DNA from: Acidobacteriota bacterium
Lineage (GTDB): Bacteria; Acidobacteriota; Thermoanaerobaculia; UBA5066; Gp7-AA6
Length of the DNA: 64,000 nt
Assembly: GCA_050257975.1 (NCBI GenBank)
Contig: JBLMXY010000016.1
Location: 1,236-65,235, forward strand
Direction of reading: 5' to 3'
Part shown: piece by piece, positions 54,738-63,602 of the stretch
Position numbering within the stretch: position 1 is the stretch's first letter
How the letters are laid out: each line of letters opens with the position of its first letter
Position numbers and translations under genes: made by a program
Notes under the pieces: generated by a model
Told to the model about the DNA's origin: nothing
The model's database searches: none
The model's input: only the letters and a program-made list of their open reading frames with translations

Positions 54738-56312
54738 GTGCCCGCCTCGAACAATCATTACGACGTTCTCATCATCGGCTCGGGCGCCGGAGGCGGCACC
54801 CTCGCCTGGGCGCTCGCGCCGACGGGCAAGAAGATTCTGCTGCTCGAGCGCGGCGACTACGTTCCGCGCGAAAAGGCCAACTGGTCCACCCGCGCGGTCA
54901 ATCTCGAAGGCCGCTACAACACCAAGGAGGTCTGGCGGGACCGCAAGGGAGAGCCGCTCCATCCGCACACCAACTACTGGGTCGGCGGCAACACCAAGTT
55001 CTACGGCGCGGCGCTCTTCCGCCTTCGCCGGGAGGACTTCGGGCCGCTCCGGCACCACGGCGGCGTTTCCCCCGCCTGGCCCGTCTCCTACGAGGAGTTC
55101 GAGCCGTTCTACGCCGAGGCCGAGCGGCTCTACCAGGTCCACGGAGAGGCCGGGGCCGATCCGACCGAGCCTCCGCGCTCCGGGCCCTACCCGCATCCGC
55201 CGGTCTCGCACGAGCCCCGCATCGAGCGGCTCGCGGAGGACTTCGCGCGGGCGGGGTGCCGCCCCTTCCACGTTCCGCTCGGCATCATGCTCGACGAGAA
55301 GAACCGTCGCCAGAGCGCCTGCATCCGCTGCGACACCTGCGACGGCCATCCCTGCCTCCTCCAGGCCAAGGCGGACGCGCAGACGATCTGCGTCGACCCG
55401 GCGTTGAAGCACCCGAACGTGACGCTGTTGACCAACGCGAAGGTCACGCTCCTCGCGACCAGCGCCTCGGGGCGCGAGGTCACGAAGGTCTTCGTCGAGC
55501 GCGACGGCGCCCCCGAAGAGTACACCGCCGGCATCGTCGTGGCCGCCTGCGGCGCGATCAACTCGGCCGCGCTTCTCCTCCGCTCGGCCAACGAGCGGCA
55601 CCCCAACGGCCTCGCCAATTCCTCGGACGTCGTCGGGCGCCACTACATGGGGCACGTCAACTCGGTGTTGATGGCCATCTCGAAGTGCCCGAACCCGACC
55701 GTCTTTCAGAAGACGCTCGCCGTCAACGACTTCTATTTCGGCTCGAAGGAATGGAACCACCCGATGGGCCACATCTCTTTCGTCGGGAAGCTCGACGGGG
55801 AGACTCTGAAGGCCGGCGCCCCGGCCATCGCGCCCGGATTCACGCTCGAGCTGATGGCGAAGCACTCGCTCGACTTCTGGCTCACCTCCGAGGACCTGCC
55901 CGACCCGGACAACCGCGTCACGCTGAACGGCGCGGGCGAGATCGTCCTTTCCTACAAGCCCAACAACGAAGAGGGGCACAAGCGGCTGATCGCCAGGCTC
56001 CAGGACCTGATGAAGCAGCAGACCCGGTGCGACATCCACGGCGGGGACTGCCATGTCGGGCTCTTTGCCCGCAGCCTCTACCTCGGCCAGCGCATCCCGC
56101 TGGCAGGCGTGGCCCACCAGAACGGCACGATCCGCTTCGGCGACGACCCGAAGTCTTCGGCCCTCGACCGCAACTGCAAGGCCCACGATGTCGACAACCT
56201 CTACGTCGTGGACGCGAGCTTCTTCCCGTCGAGCGGGGCGGTCAACCCGGCGCTGACGATCATCGCCAACGCGCTGCGGGTCGCGGACCATCTGAAGGAG
56301 CGCCTGCAGTGA
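54738..56312 (+). CDS. GMC-family FAD-dependent oxidoreductase
   Basis: This is the tail of ORF 54534..56312. Contains YDVLIIGSGAGGGTLA (Rossmann FAD motif) and the C-terminal GMC pattern (...NLYVVDASFFPSSGAVNPALTI...). Start is GTG 54738 (AGGAG 5 nt upstream) or GTG 54732. Confidence 0.85.
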   Translation: MPASNNHYDVLIIGSGAGGGTLAWALAPTGKKILLLERGDYVPREKANWSTRAVNLEGRYNTKEVWRDRKGEPLHPHTNYWVGGNTKFYGAALFRLRREDFGPLRHHGGVSPAWPVSYEEFEPFYAEAERLYQVHGEAGADPTEPPRSGPYPHPPVSHEPRIERLAEDFARAGCRPFHVPLGIMLDEKNRRQSACIRCDTCDGHPCLLQAKADAQTICVDPALKHPNVTLLTNAKVTLLATSASGREVTKVFVERDGAPEEYTAGIVVAACGAINSAALLLRSANERHPNGLANSSDVVGRHYMGHVNSVLMAISKCPNPTVFQKTLAVNDFYFGSKEWNHPMGHISFVGKLDGETLKAGAPAIAPGFTLELMAKHSLDFWLTSEDLPDPDNRVTLNGAGEIVLSYKPNNEEGHKRLIARLQDLMKQQTRCDIHGGDCHVGLFARSLYLGQRIPLAGVAHQNGTIRFGDDPKSSALDRNCKAHDVDNLYVVDASFFPSSGAVNPALTIIANALRVADHLKERLQ

Positions 56313-57328
56313 TCCCGCGCCGCGTCCGCCGCGCGTTCGTTCTCCTCTTCGCGGCGGCCGCGCTCGGCCTCCGGGCAGAGCAGCCGCAAGCGGGCCTGGT
56401 GACACGCCTCGACTCGGTCGGGATGACGGTCTCGGACCTCGATCGCGCCGTCGACTTCTACACGAAGGTGCTGACGTTCGAGAAGGTCTCCGAAGTCGAG
56501 GTGGCCGGCGAGAGCTACGAGAGACTCGAGGGCGTCTTCGGCCTTCGCATGCGGGTCGCGCGGCTGCGTCTGGGAGACGAGGCGATCGAGCTCACCGAGT
56601 ATCTGGCGCCGCGGGGTCGGCCGATCCCGTCCGATCTCAAGAGCAACGACCGCTCCTTCCAGCACATCGCGATCATCGTGAGGGACATGGACGAGGCGTA
56701 TCGACGCCTGCGGCAATTCCACGTCGAACACGCTTCCTCCGGCCCGCAGAAGCTGCCCGAGTGGAACAAGAACGCGGCCGGAATCTCCGCCTTCTACTTC
56801 CGCGACCCCGACGGCCATCCGCTCGAGATCCTGCAGTTTCCGCCCGACAAGGGAAACGCCCGGTGGCACCGGCCGACCGACCGCCTCTTCCTCGGCATCG
56901 ACCACACGGCGATCGTCGTCTCCGACACGGAAGCGAGCCTGAAGCTCTACCGGAATCTGCTGGGGTTCCAGGTGGCCGGCGAGAGCGAGAACTACGGATC
57001 GGAGCAGGAGCACTTGAACAGCGTCTTCGGCGCGCGCCTTCGCATCACGAGCCTTCGCCCGCCGTCAGGCCCCTCGGTCGAATTCCTGGAGTACCTGGCG
57101 CCGCGCGACGGGCGTACGGCGCCCGAAACGCGCGCCAACGACGTGCTGCACCGGCAGACGCGCCTGGAGACGGCCGACGCCGAGGCCGCCGCCCGACGGC
57201 TCTTCGCCGCGAGGGCTCCCTTCGTTTCGCCCGGCGCCGTGGCGCTGCCGGAGGGCCGGCTCGGCTTCCGAAAGGGCTTTCTCGTCGCGGACCCCGACGG
57301 GCACGTTCTCGAGATCGTGGAGAGGTGA
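56309..57328 (+). CDS. exported two-domain VOC (glyoxalase/bleomycin-resistance/dioxygenase) family protein
   Basis: GTG 56309 (GTGA overlap). Signal peptide RRAFVLLFAAAALGLRA. Two VOC modules (LDSVGMTVSDLDRAVDFY... and IDHTAIVVSDTEASLKLY...), each ending in a DPDGHxLEI motif. Confidence 0.78.
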   Translation: MIPRRVRRAFVLLFAAAALGLRAEQPQAGLVTRLDSVGMTVSDLDRAVDFYTKVLTFEKVSEVEVAGESYERLEGVFGLRMRVARLRLGDEAIELTEYLAPRGRPIPSDLKSNDRSFQHIAIIVRDMDEAYRRLRQFHVEHASSGPQKLPEWNKNAAGISAFYFRDPDGHPLEILQFPPDKGNARWHRPTDRLFLGIDHTAIVVSDTEASLKLYRNLLGFQVAGESENYGSEQEHLNSVFGARLRITSLRPPSGPSVEFLEYLAPRDGRTAPETRANDVLHRQTRLETADAEAAARRLFAARAPFVSPGAVALPEGRLGFRKGFLVADPDGHVLEIVER

Positions 57329-57332
57329 CGCG

Positions 57333-57914
57333 ATGAGCTCCGCCGCCGCCGACAGCCGCCCGCTCTACCTTCCGGTCATTCTCGGCACGCCGCGCCAGGG
57401 GCGCTTCTCCGAGCACGTCGCGCGCTTCGTGCTCGGCCAGGTTCGCAAGCTGCCAGGCGTCGAGACCGAGCTCGTGGACGTGCGCACGCTCGCCTTTCCG
57501 ACCTCGGACGCGGGAGAAGACATCAAGAACGCCGACTTCTCGAAGCTCTGCATGCGGGCCGACGGGTTCGTGATCGTGGCGCCCGAGTACAACCACGCCT
57601 ACCCGGGCATCCTGAAGCACGCCCTGGACACGAACCTGAAGGAGTACGTCCACAAGGCGGCCGGGGTCGTGGGCGTCTCGGCCGGCCCCTGGGGCGGAAC
57701 GCGGGTCGTCCAGAGCCTGCTGCCGGTGCTGCGGGAGCTGGGCCTCGTGGCGATCTTCTGGGACGGCAACTTCACGAACGTGCAAAAGCTGTTCGGCGCC
57801 ACGGGTGACATCCTCGACGCCGCTTACGAGCGGCGGCTCGAGAAGTTCTTGAAGGAGCTCGTCTGGATGGCGAAGGTCCTGCGCCACGGCCGGGAGAACG
57901 TGCCGCTCGACTGA
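57333..57914 (+). CDS. NAD(P)H-dependent FMN reductase family protein
   Basis: ORF 57333..57914. Contains ILGTPRQGRFS and FVIVAPEYNHAYPGILKHALD, typical of NADPH-dependent FMN reductases. Confidence 0.82.
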   Translation: MSSAAADSRPLYLPVILGTPRQGRFSEHVARFVLGQVRKLPGVETELVDVRTLAFPTSDAGEDIKNADFSKLCMRADGFVIVAPEYNHAYPGILKHALDTNLKEYVHKAAGVVGVSAGPWGGTRVVQSLLPVLRELGLVAIFWDGNFTNVQKLFGATGDILDAAYERRLEKFLKELVWMAKVLRHGRENVPLD

Positions 57915-57939
57915 GGCGCGGCCCGAAGAGGAGATCGCG

Positions 57940-58128
57940 ATGCCCGAAAGGAAGAAGATCCCGTGCCCGCAGTGCGGCACCCCGATGAATTTCCACGCGG
58001 AGAAGGTCGACTACGGCGCCCTGCTCGCCTCGACGCCGCCGGACCCGCGCTGGGGCGGCGTGCTCGCGCAGTTCCACACCTGCCCCAATCCGAAGTGCCG
58101 CTTCATCCTCGAGCGTCCCGCAGTCTGA
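57940..58128 (+). CDS. small zinc-ribbon protein (hypothetical)
   Basis: ORF 57940..58128, 62 aa. CPQCG...CPNPKC. No family recognised. Confidence 0.45.
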   Translation: MPERKKIPCPQCGTPMNFHAEKVDYGALLASTPPDPRWGGVLAQFHTCPNPKCRFILERPAV

Positions 58129-58136
58129 CCCCTCTC

Positions 58137-58164
58137 GAAACCGCGGCGCCGCCCGCGCATCCAA
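58137..58164 (+). promoter_or_regulatory. ECF-type promoter candidate GAAAC-N15-GCATCCAA
   Basis: GAAAC at 58137-58141 and GCATCCAA at 58157-58164. An AAAGGAGGA Shine-Dalgarno sequence and ATG 58212 follow. Confidence 0.6.
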
Positions 58165-58211
58165 TCCTCCGAAGTCGCGACGATTCGCTCGCGAGCAAAA
58201 GGAGGAACTCG

Positions 58212-58619
58212 ATGCATCGCAACCGCAAGAGCCCCTGGATTCGAATCGCGCCCGCGGCCCTGGCGGCGCTCGCCTGGCTCGGCGCGTCGGCCGCCCTCGC
58301 CGCGGACGGCCACACCACCAAGCCGTTCACGGGCGTCAAGGTCAACGGCGGAACCGTCACACACACCAAGGTCGAAGGCAAGAACGTTCTGACTCTCTCC
58401 GACGACTTCGTCGACCCGAAGACCCCGGACGTGCACTGGCAGGTCGTCGACTCGAAAGGCAACGTCTACCTGCTCCAGAAGGTCGCGATCAAGGGAGACA
58501 AGGTCAACAAGTCGATCACGCTGCCTTCCTACGTGCCCGACGTCGCCACGGTGCAGATCTACTGCGCGTGGGCGGAGGCGGTCCTGGGCGAGGCGCCGTT
58601 CGATCAGCCGGTCAAGTAG
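58212..58619 (+). CDS. exported small beta-rich protein, possibly DM13-like
   Basis: ATG 58212 with a strong SD. Signal peptide APAALAALAWLGASAALA. The pattern ...LTLSDDFVDPKTPDVHWQVV...VQIYCAWAEAVLGEAPF loosely parallels the DM13 pattern of the 61300 gene (LRLTEFETSNGPDVQVYLV...VTVWCRRFGVNFATAPL). Confidence 0.55.
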   Translation: MHRNRKSPWIRIAPAALAALAWLGASAALAADGHTTKPFTGVKVNGGTVTHTKVEGKNVLTLSDDFVDPKTPDVHWQVVDSKGNVYLLQKVAIKGDKVNKSITLPSYVPDVATVQIYCAWAEAVLGEAPFDQPVK

Positions 58620-58643
58620 CGGCCGGCGCGATCAGGAGAAGCC

Positions 58644-59123
58644 ATGAACACGATCTCGAAGGGAATTCTCGCGGCCGCGCTCGCCCTGGCGGCCGCGCCC
58701 GCGCTCCGCGCGCAGGTCGCCGACAAGAAGACGCTGTCGCTCGAGGGCGCACGCAAGGTCATCGCCGCGGCCGAAGCGAAGGCAAAGGAGCTCTCGGCGC
58801 CGGGCGGCGTCATCGCGGTCGTGGACGACGGGGGCAACCTGATCGCGGTCGAGCGGCTGGACGGCACGTTCGCCGCGGGCGCGCTGATCTCGATCGGCAA
58901 GGCCCGCACGGCCGTCATCTTCAAGAAGCCCACGCGGTTCTTCGAGGAGCTGATCAAGAACGGCCGCACGCCGATGATCGCCTTGAACGACTTCACGCCG
59001 CTTCAAGGGGGCGTGCCGGTCCTCTCCGGCGGACAGGTCGTGGGAGGTGTCGGCGTCTCGGGCGCCGCGAGCGCCCAGCAGGACGAGGAGCTCGCGATCG
59101 CCGGCGCGGGAGCGATCCGATGA
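58644..59123 (+). CDS. GlcG/HbpS-like (DUF336) haem-binding family protein, exported
   Basis: ORF 58644..59123. Signal peptide, then LSLEGARKVIAAAEAKAKE...AVVDDGGNLIAVERLDG...ISIGKARTA...GGVPV...GGVGVSG, characteristic of the GlcG family. Confidence 0.8.
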   Translation: MNTISKGILAAALALAAAPALRAQVADKKTLSLEGARKVIAAAEAKAKELSAPGGVIAVVDDGGNLIAVERLDGTFAAGALISIGKARTAVIFKKPTRFFEELIKNGRTPMIALNDFTPLQGGVPVLSGGQVVGGVGVSGAASAQQDEELAIAGAGAIR

Positions 59124-59569
59124 GCGCGCGAATCCACCTCGCCGGAGCGGCCGCGCTCGTCCTGATCGCCGCCGCGGCCGCGGCAGAGGTAGAGACTCCT
59201 CCCGTGTCCTACTATCCCGCGGCGGACGTCGCCGCCGCCTTCGCGAAGGGAGCGGTCCTCTTCGACGGGAAGGACGGCCGCAACTACATGATTCACGCCT
59301 CGCGCCGCGAGGCGGCCGGCATGGCCGAGGTCCACGCGAAGGACGCCGACCTGATCTACGTGATCGAGGGGACGGCCACCCTCGTCACCGGCGGCGCCGC
59401 GGTCGACCCCAGGACGGTCGCTCCCGACGAGATCCGGGGAACGTCCATCCAGGGCGGAGAGACCCGCAAGATTTCCAAGGGGGACGTCCTCATCGTTCCG
59501 CGCGGCACCCCGCACTGGTTCCGCGAAGTCACCAACCCGTTCCTCTACTACGTCGTCAAGGTCCGTTAG
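59120..59569 (+). CDS. exported cupin-domain protein
   Basis: ATG 59120 (ATGA overlap). Signal peptide. Contains AEVHAKDADLIYVIEGTATL...GDVLIVPRGTPHWF (cupin motifs). Confidence 0.7.
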   Translation: MSARIHLAGAAALVLIAAAAAAEVETPPVSYYPAADVAAAFAKGAVLFDGKDGRNYMIHASRREAAGMAEVHAKDADLIYVIEGTATLVTGGAAVDPRTVAPDEIRGTSIQGGETRKISKGDVLIVPRGTPHWFREVTNPFLYYVVKVR

Positions 59570-59579
59570 GCGGGTCGCG

Positions 59580-61211
59580 ATGAGAAACCGCAGACGATCG
59601 GCGCTCTTCCTCGGGACCGCCCTCCTGTGCCTGCCGGTCCTCGCCGGAGCGCAGGCGCCCCAGGATCCCCCTGCCGGAAAGCCCGAGGCCTCCATCGACC
59701 TCGCGACGGAGGACGGCGTCCGGCTGGTGAAGGGCCAGTGGCGCTACAGCGACGCACGGGTCGTCGAGACGGAGTTTCCGGGCCCGGGTCCGGACAGTCA
59801 GCCGACCGGTCCGGCCGGCAGGACCCATGACGTCATTCCCCACGCCGGCGCCGCCGACTTCGACGACTCGACGTGGGAAGCCGTCGCTCCCGCGGCCCTC
59901 TCCGGCCGGCGCGGCCACGGGCGCCTGGGTTTTGCCTGGTACCGCATGACGTTCACGGTGCCGGAGAAAATCGGCGCGTACGATCCTTCCGGAAAGACCG
60001 TCGTCTTCCAGACGACGCTCGACGACGCCGCGGAGGTCTGGGTCGACGGGGAGCTCGCGCGCCATCTCGGGCAGAAGGGCGGTTCCATGGTCGCGGGCTG
60101 GAACGCGCCCAACCGCCTCGTCGTCGGCCGGCGCGTGAAGCCGGGGCAGAAGATCTCGCTCGCCGTCTTTGCTGTCAACGGCCCGCTCTCGAATCCCCCC
60201 ACCAACTTCATCTGGATGCGCGAGGCGAGGCTCGAGTTCTACCCGGGCGCGCCCGGTCCGGTCGCGATCACCCCGGCCGAGGTCAACGTGACGGTGATCC
60301 GCAAGGACCCGGCCATCGACGCGATCGTCGGGCCGAACCCGAAGATCTGGAAAGTCGCCGAGGGCTTTCGGTTCACGGAGGGCCCGATCTGGATCCCGGG
60401 CGAGAAGCACCTGCTCTTCTCCGACCCCAACAGCAACGTCATCTACCGATACGTCCCGGATGGCAAGCTCGAGGTCTTCCGCGAGCCTTCCGGCTACGCG
60501 GGCGCGGACATCGGCGAGTACGGCCAACCGGGCTCCAACGGCCTGACGCTCGACCGGGAGGGCCGCCTCACCATCGACCAGCACGGCAACCGCCGGGTGA
60601 TCCGCCTCGAGAAGGACGGCCGGGAGACCGTGATCGCCGACCGCTACAAGGGAAAGCGCCTGAACAGCCCCAACGACCTCGTCTATCGCTCCGACGGCAC
60701 GCTCTTCTTCACCGACCCTCCGTTCGGCCTGCCGAAGTTCTTCGACGACCCGCGCAAGGAGTTGAAGTTCTCGGGCGTCTACGCCGTCACGCCGAAGGGA
60801 AAGCTGCGCCTGCTGACCGACGCGCTGACCGGTCCCAACGGCATCGCCTTCTCTCCCGACGAGAAGTGGCTCTACGTGGGCGACTGGGACGAGAAGAAGA
60901 AGGTCGTCATGCGCTACCCCGTGCGCCCCGACGGATCGGTCGGCAAGGGCGACGTCTTCTTCGACATGACCTCGGCGCCGGGCGAAGACGCGATCGACGG
61001 CATCAAGGTGGATCAGAAGGGCGATCTCTACGTCTCCGGGCCGGGCGGCCTCTGGGTGCTCTCGCCGGAAGGCAAGCACCTCGGCACGATCGTCCCGCCC
61101 AGGCATCCGCACAACTTCGCCTGGGGAGACGAGGACGGCAAGACTCTCTATCTCTGCGCGCGCTCGGGGCTCTACCGGATGCGGCTGGCGGTCCCGGGAA
61201 TCCGGCCGTAG
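59580..61211 (+). CDS. exported fusion of a galactose-binding-like beta-sandwich and an SMP-30/gluconolactonase/LRE-like beta-propeller
   Basis: ORF 59580..61211. The N-terminal half carries FDDSTWEAVAP...GFAWYRMTFTVP...AAEVWVDGE. The C-terminal half carries FTEGPIW...SNGLTLDREGRL...NSPNDLVYRSDGTLFFTDP...GPNGIAFSPDEKWLYV. Confidence 0.8.
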   Translation: MRNRRRSALFLGTALLCLPVLAGAQAPQDPPAGKPEASIDLATEDGVRLVKGQWRYSDARVVETEFPGPGPDSQPTGPAGRTHDVIPHAGAADFDDSTWEAVAPAALSGRRGHGRLGFAWYRMTFTVPEKIGAYDPSGKTVVFQTTLDDAAEVWVDGELARHLGQKGGSMVAGWNAPNRLVVGRRVKPGQKISLAVFAVNGPLSNPPTNFIWMREARLEFYPGAPGPVAITPAEVNVTVIRKDPAIDAIVGPNPKIWKVAEGFRFTEGPIWIPGEKHLLFSDPNSNVIYRYVPDGKLEVFREPSGYAGADIGEYGQPGSNGLTLDREGRLTIDQHGNRRVIRLEKDGRETVIADRYKGKRLNSPNDLVYRSDGTLFFTDPPFGLPKFFDDPRKELKFSGVYAVTPKGKLRLLTDALTGPNGIAFSPDEKWLYVGDWDEKKKVVMRYPVRPDGSVGKGDVFFDMTSAPGEDAIDGIKVDQKGDLYVSGPGGLWVLSPEGKHLGTIVPPRHPHNFAWGDEDGKTLYLCARSGLYRMRLAVPGIRP

Positions 61212-61226
61212 GGGCGCCGGGCCCGC

Positions 61227-61255
61227 GAAACGCGGGCTCCTCGGCCGGCATCCAA
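61227..61255 (+). promoter_or_regulatory. ECF-type promoter candidate GAAAC-N16-GCATCCAA
   Basis: GAAAC at 61227-61231 and GCATCCAA at 61248-61255. An AAGGAGG Shine-Dalgarno sequence and ATG 61300 follow. Confidence 0.6.
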
Positions 61256-61299
61256 CGGACCGAGCGGAACGAAGAACAACCGCAAGGAGGATCAACGCC

Positions 61300-62193
61300 A
61301 TGAACAAACGCTCGCTCCTCGTCCTTGGCGCCGCCGTCGTCGGCGCCGTCGCCTGGTATCTCTTCCGGCCCGAACGGCTCGTGGTCAACAAGACCGTGAG
61401 CGAAGGCTTTCCTGCCGCGGCCGTTGCGGCCTCCCACGCCGGCGCCGCGCCGGCATCGGGCCCGGTGGCGCTCGCTTCGGGACGCTTCCACGGCGTGGCC
61501 CACAAGACCCGGGGACTCGCCACGATCTACCAGTCGCCCGAAGGAAAGCGGACGCTCCGCCTGACGGAGTTCGAGACCTCCAACGGCCCCGACGTGCAGG
61601 TGTATCTGGTCGCCGCGTCCGACGCCAGCGACAACGAGACCGTCACCGGGGCCGGCTTCGTCCCCGTGGGCGCGTTGAAAGGCAACATCGGAGACCAGAA
61701 CTACGATCTGCCTTCCGAAGTCGATCTCGCCAAGTACCGCGCCGTCACGGTCTGGTGCCGCCGCTTCGGCGTCAACTTCGCGACCGCGCCGCTCTCGGCC
61801 TCCGCGCCGGCCGTTCCGGCCGCCCCCGCGGCGCTCGCCTCGGGCGCCTTCCATGGCGTCGCCCACAAGACTCACGGCGTCGCGACGCTCTATCAGCTGC
61901 CCGACGGCAAGCGGACACTGCGCCTGACCGACTTCGAAACCTCCAACGGCCCCGACGTGCAGGTGTACCTGGTCGCCGCGTCCGACGCCAGCGACAATGA
62001 GACCGTTACCAGGGCCGGCTTCGTTCCCCTCGGGGCTCTCAAGGGCAACATCGGCGACCAGAACTACGAGGTGCCCTCGGATCTCGACCTGGGCAAGTAC
62101 AAGGCCGTCACCGTCTGGTGCCGCCGTTTCGGCGTCAACTTCGCCACCGCTCCGCTCGCGCCGGCCGCCATGCCGATGGCCTCGAAGTCCTGA
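61300..62193 (+). CDS. membrane-anchored/exported protein with two tandem DM13 domains
   Basis: ORF 61300..62193. N-terminal TM LLVLGAAVVGAVAWYLF. Two nearly identical modules of about 107 aa each: FHGVAHKT.G.AT.YQ.P.GKRTLRLT.FETSNGPDVQVYLVAASDASDNETVT...VTVWCRRFGVNFATAPL. Confidence 0.8.
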   Translation: MNKRSLLVLGAAVVGAVAWYLFRPERLVVNKTVSEGFPAAAVAASHAGAAPASGPVALASGRFHGVAHKTRGLATIYQSPEGKRTLRLTEFETSNGPDVQVYLVAASDASDNETVTGAGFVPVGALKGNIGDQNYDLPSEVDLAKYRAVTVWCRRFGVNFATAPLSASAPAVPAAPAALASGAFHGVAHKTHGVATLYQLPDGKRTLRLTDFETSNGPDVQVYLVAASDASDNETVTRAGFVPLGALKGNIGDQNYEVPSDLDLGKYKAVTVWCRRFGVNFATAPLAPAAMPMASKS

Positions 62194-62206
62194 GGCGGGA
62201 CAAGGC

Positions 62207-63559
62207 GTGACCCGTCAAGAACCCACGCGGATCGTCATCCTCGGCGGCGGCTTCGCCGGCCTCTACGCGGCGCTCGAGCTCGAGCGCACGCTGGCCGGCG
62301 ATCCCGCCGTCGAGGTGACGCTCGTCAACCAGGACAACTTCTTCCTCTTCACGCCCATGCTTCACGAGATCGCCGCGAGCGATCTCGACGTGACGCACAT
62401 CGTCAACCCGATCCGCAAGCTCCTCGACCGGGTTCGGTTCTTCCACGGCCGCATCGAGTCCATCGACCTGGAACGGCGCCGCGTCGGGGTCTTCCACGGC
62501 GACAGCCGGCACCACCACGAGCTTTCCTACGACCATCTGGTTCTCGGCTGCGGCGCCGTGACGAACTTCTTCGGCATCCCGGGCCTCGAGGAGCGAGCCC
62601 TGACCATGAAATCGCTCGCCGACGCCGTGGCGCTGCGCAACCGTCTCATCGCCCAGCTCGAAGAGGCCGACTTCGAGTGCTCGATCGGCCGGCGGGACCA
62701 CCTGCTGTCCGTCGTCGTGGCGGGCGGCGGGTTCTCGGGAGTCGAGACGGTCGGCGCCGTCAACGACTTCGTCCGCGAAGCCCTCGCCTTCTATCCCCAC
62801 CTCGCCCAGGAGCGCGTCCGCGTCGTCCTGGTGCACCCGGGCCCGGTCGTCCTGCCGGAGCTGGGCGAGAAGCTGGGCCTCTACGCGCAGGAGAAGCTGC
62901 GCCGGCGCCAGGTCGAGGTGCGGGTGAACACGAAGGTGGTCGGCGTCTCCGACGGCGGCGTGCTCCTCGACGACGGGACCGAGATTCCCGCGGGCACCCT
63001 CGTCTGGACGGCCGGCACCTCGCCCCATCCGCTGCTTGCCGCGCTGCCGTGCCGGACCGAACGGGGACGCGTCGTCGTCGACGAGTTTCTCGCCGTGCCG
63101 GGCTGGCCGGGCGTGTGGGCGGCCGGCGATGCGGCCGTCGTGCCGGACCCGAGCACGGGCCGCCCCCACCCTCCCACCGCGCAGCACGCGCTGCGCGAAG
63201 GCCGCGTCCTCGCGCAGAACCTGGCGGCGGCGACCCGCGGGAAAGCGCTTCGCCCCTTCGCCTTCTCGACGCTCGGCCAGCTCGCGACGATCGGCCGACG
63301 CACCGGCGTCGCGCGCATCCTGGGCCTCAACTTCTCGGGCTTTCTCGCCTGGTGGCTGTGGCGGACGATCTACCTCTCGAAGCTTCCGCGCTTCGAAAAG
63401 AAAGTGCGGGTCGTCCTCGACTGGACGCTCGACCTGCTCTTCTCCAAGGACCTCGTCGAGATTCACACCTCGCGGGCGGCGCACGCCCGGCCACCCGAAG
63501 AGGCCAGGGGGCCTCTCCCGCTGTCCGAAGGGGCGGCCCTGGAGGCCCGGTCCGCATAG
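62207..63559 (+). CDS. ndh: type II NADH dehydrogenase (NDH-2) / FAD-dependent pyridine nucleotide-disulfide oxidoreductase
   Basis: GTG 62207 inside ORF 61997..63559. Contains RIVILGGGFAGL, a second dinucleotide fold VVVAGGGFSGVE, and GDAA. Confidence 0.82.
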   Translation: MTRQEPTRIVILGGGFAGLYAALELERTLAGDPAVEVTLVNQDNFFLFTPMLHEIAASDLDVTHIVNPIRKLLDRVRFFHGRIESIDLERRRVGVFHGDSRHHHELSYDHLVLGCGAVTNFFGIPGLEERALTMKSLADAVALRNRLIAQLEEADFECSIGRRDHLLSVVVAGGGFSGVETVGAVNDFVREALAFYPHLAQERVRVVLVHPGPVVLPELGEKLGLYAQEKLRRRQVEVRVNTKVVGVSDGGVLLDDGTEIPAGTLVWTAGTSPHPLLAALPCRTERGRVVVDEFLAVPGWPGVWAAGDAAVVPDPSTGRPHPPTAQHALREGRVLAQNLAAATRGKALRPFAFSTLGQLATIGRRTGVARILGLNFSGFLAWWLWRTIYLSKLPRFEKKVRVVLDWTLDLLFSKDLVEIHTSRAAHARPPEEARGPLPLSEGAALEARSA

Positions 63560-63602
63560 AACTCTGATAGGCTCCCCCGGCGCGGAGCGCGCCCGGGGTG
63601 CT

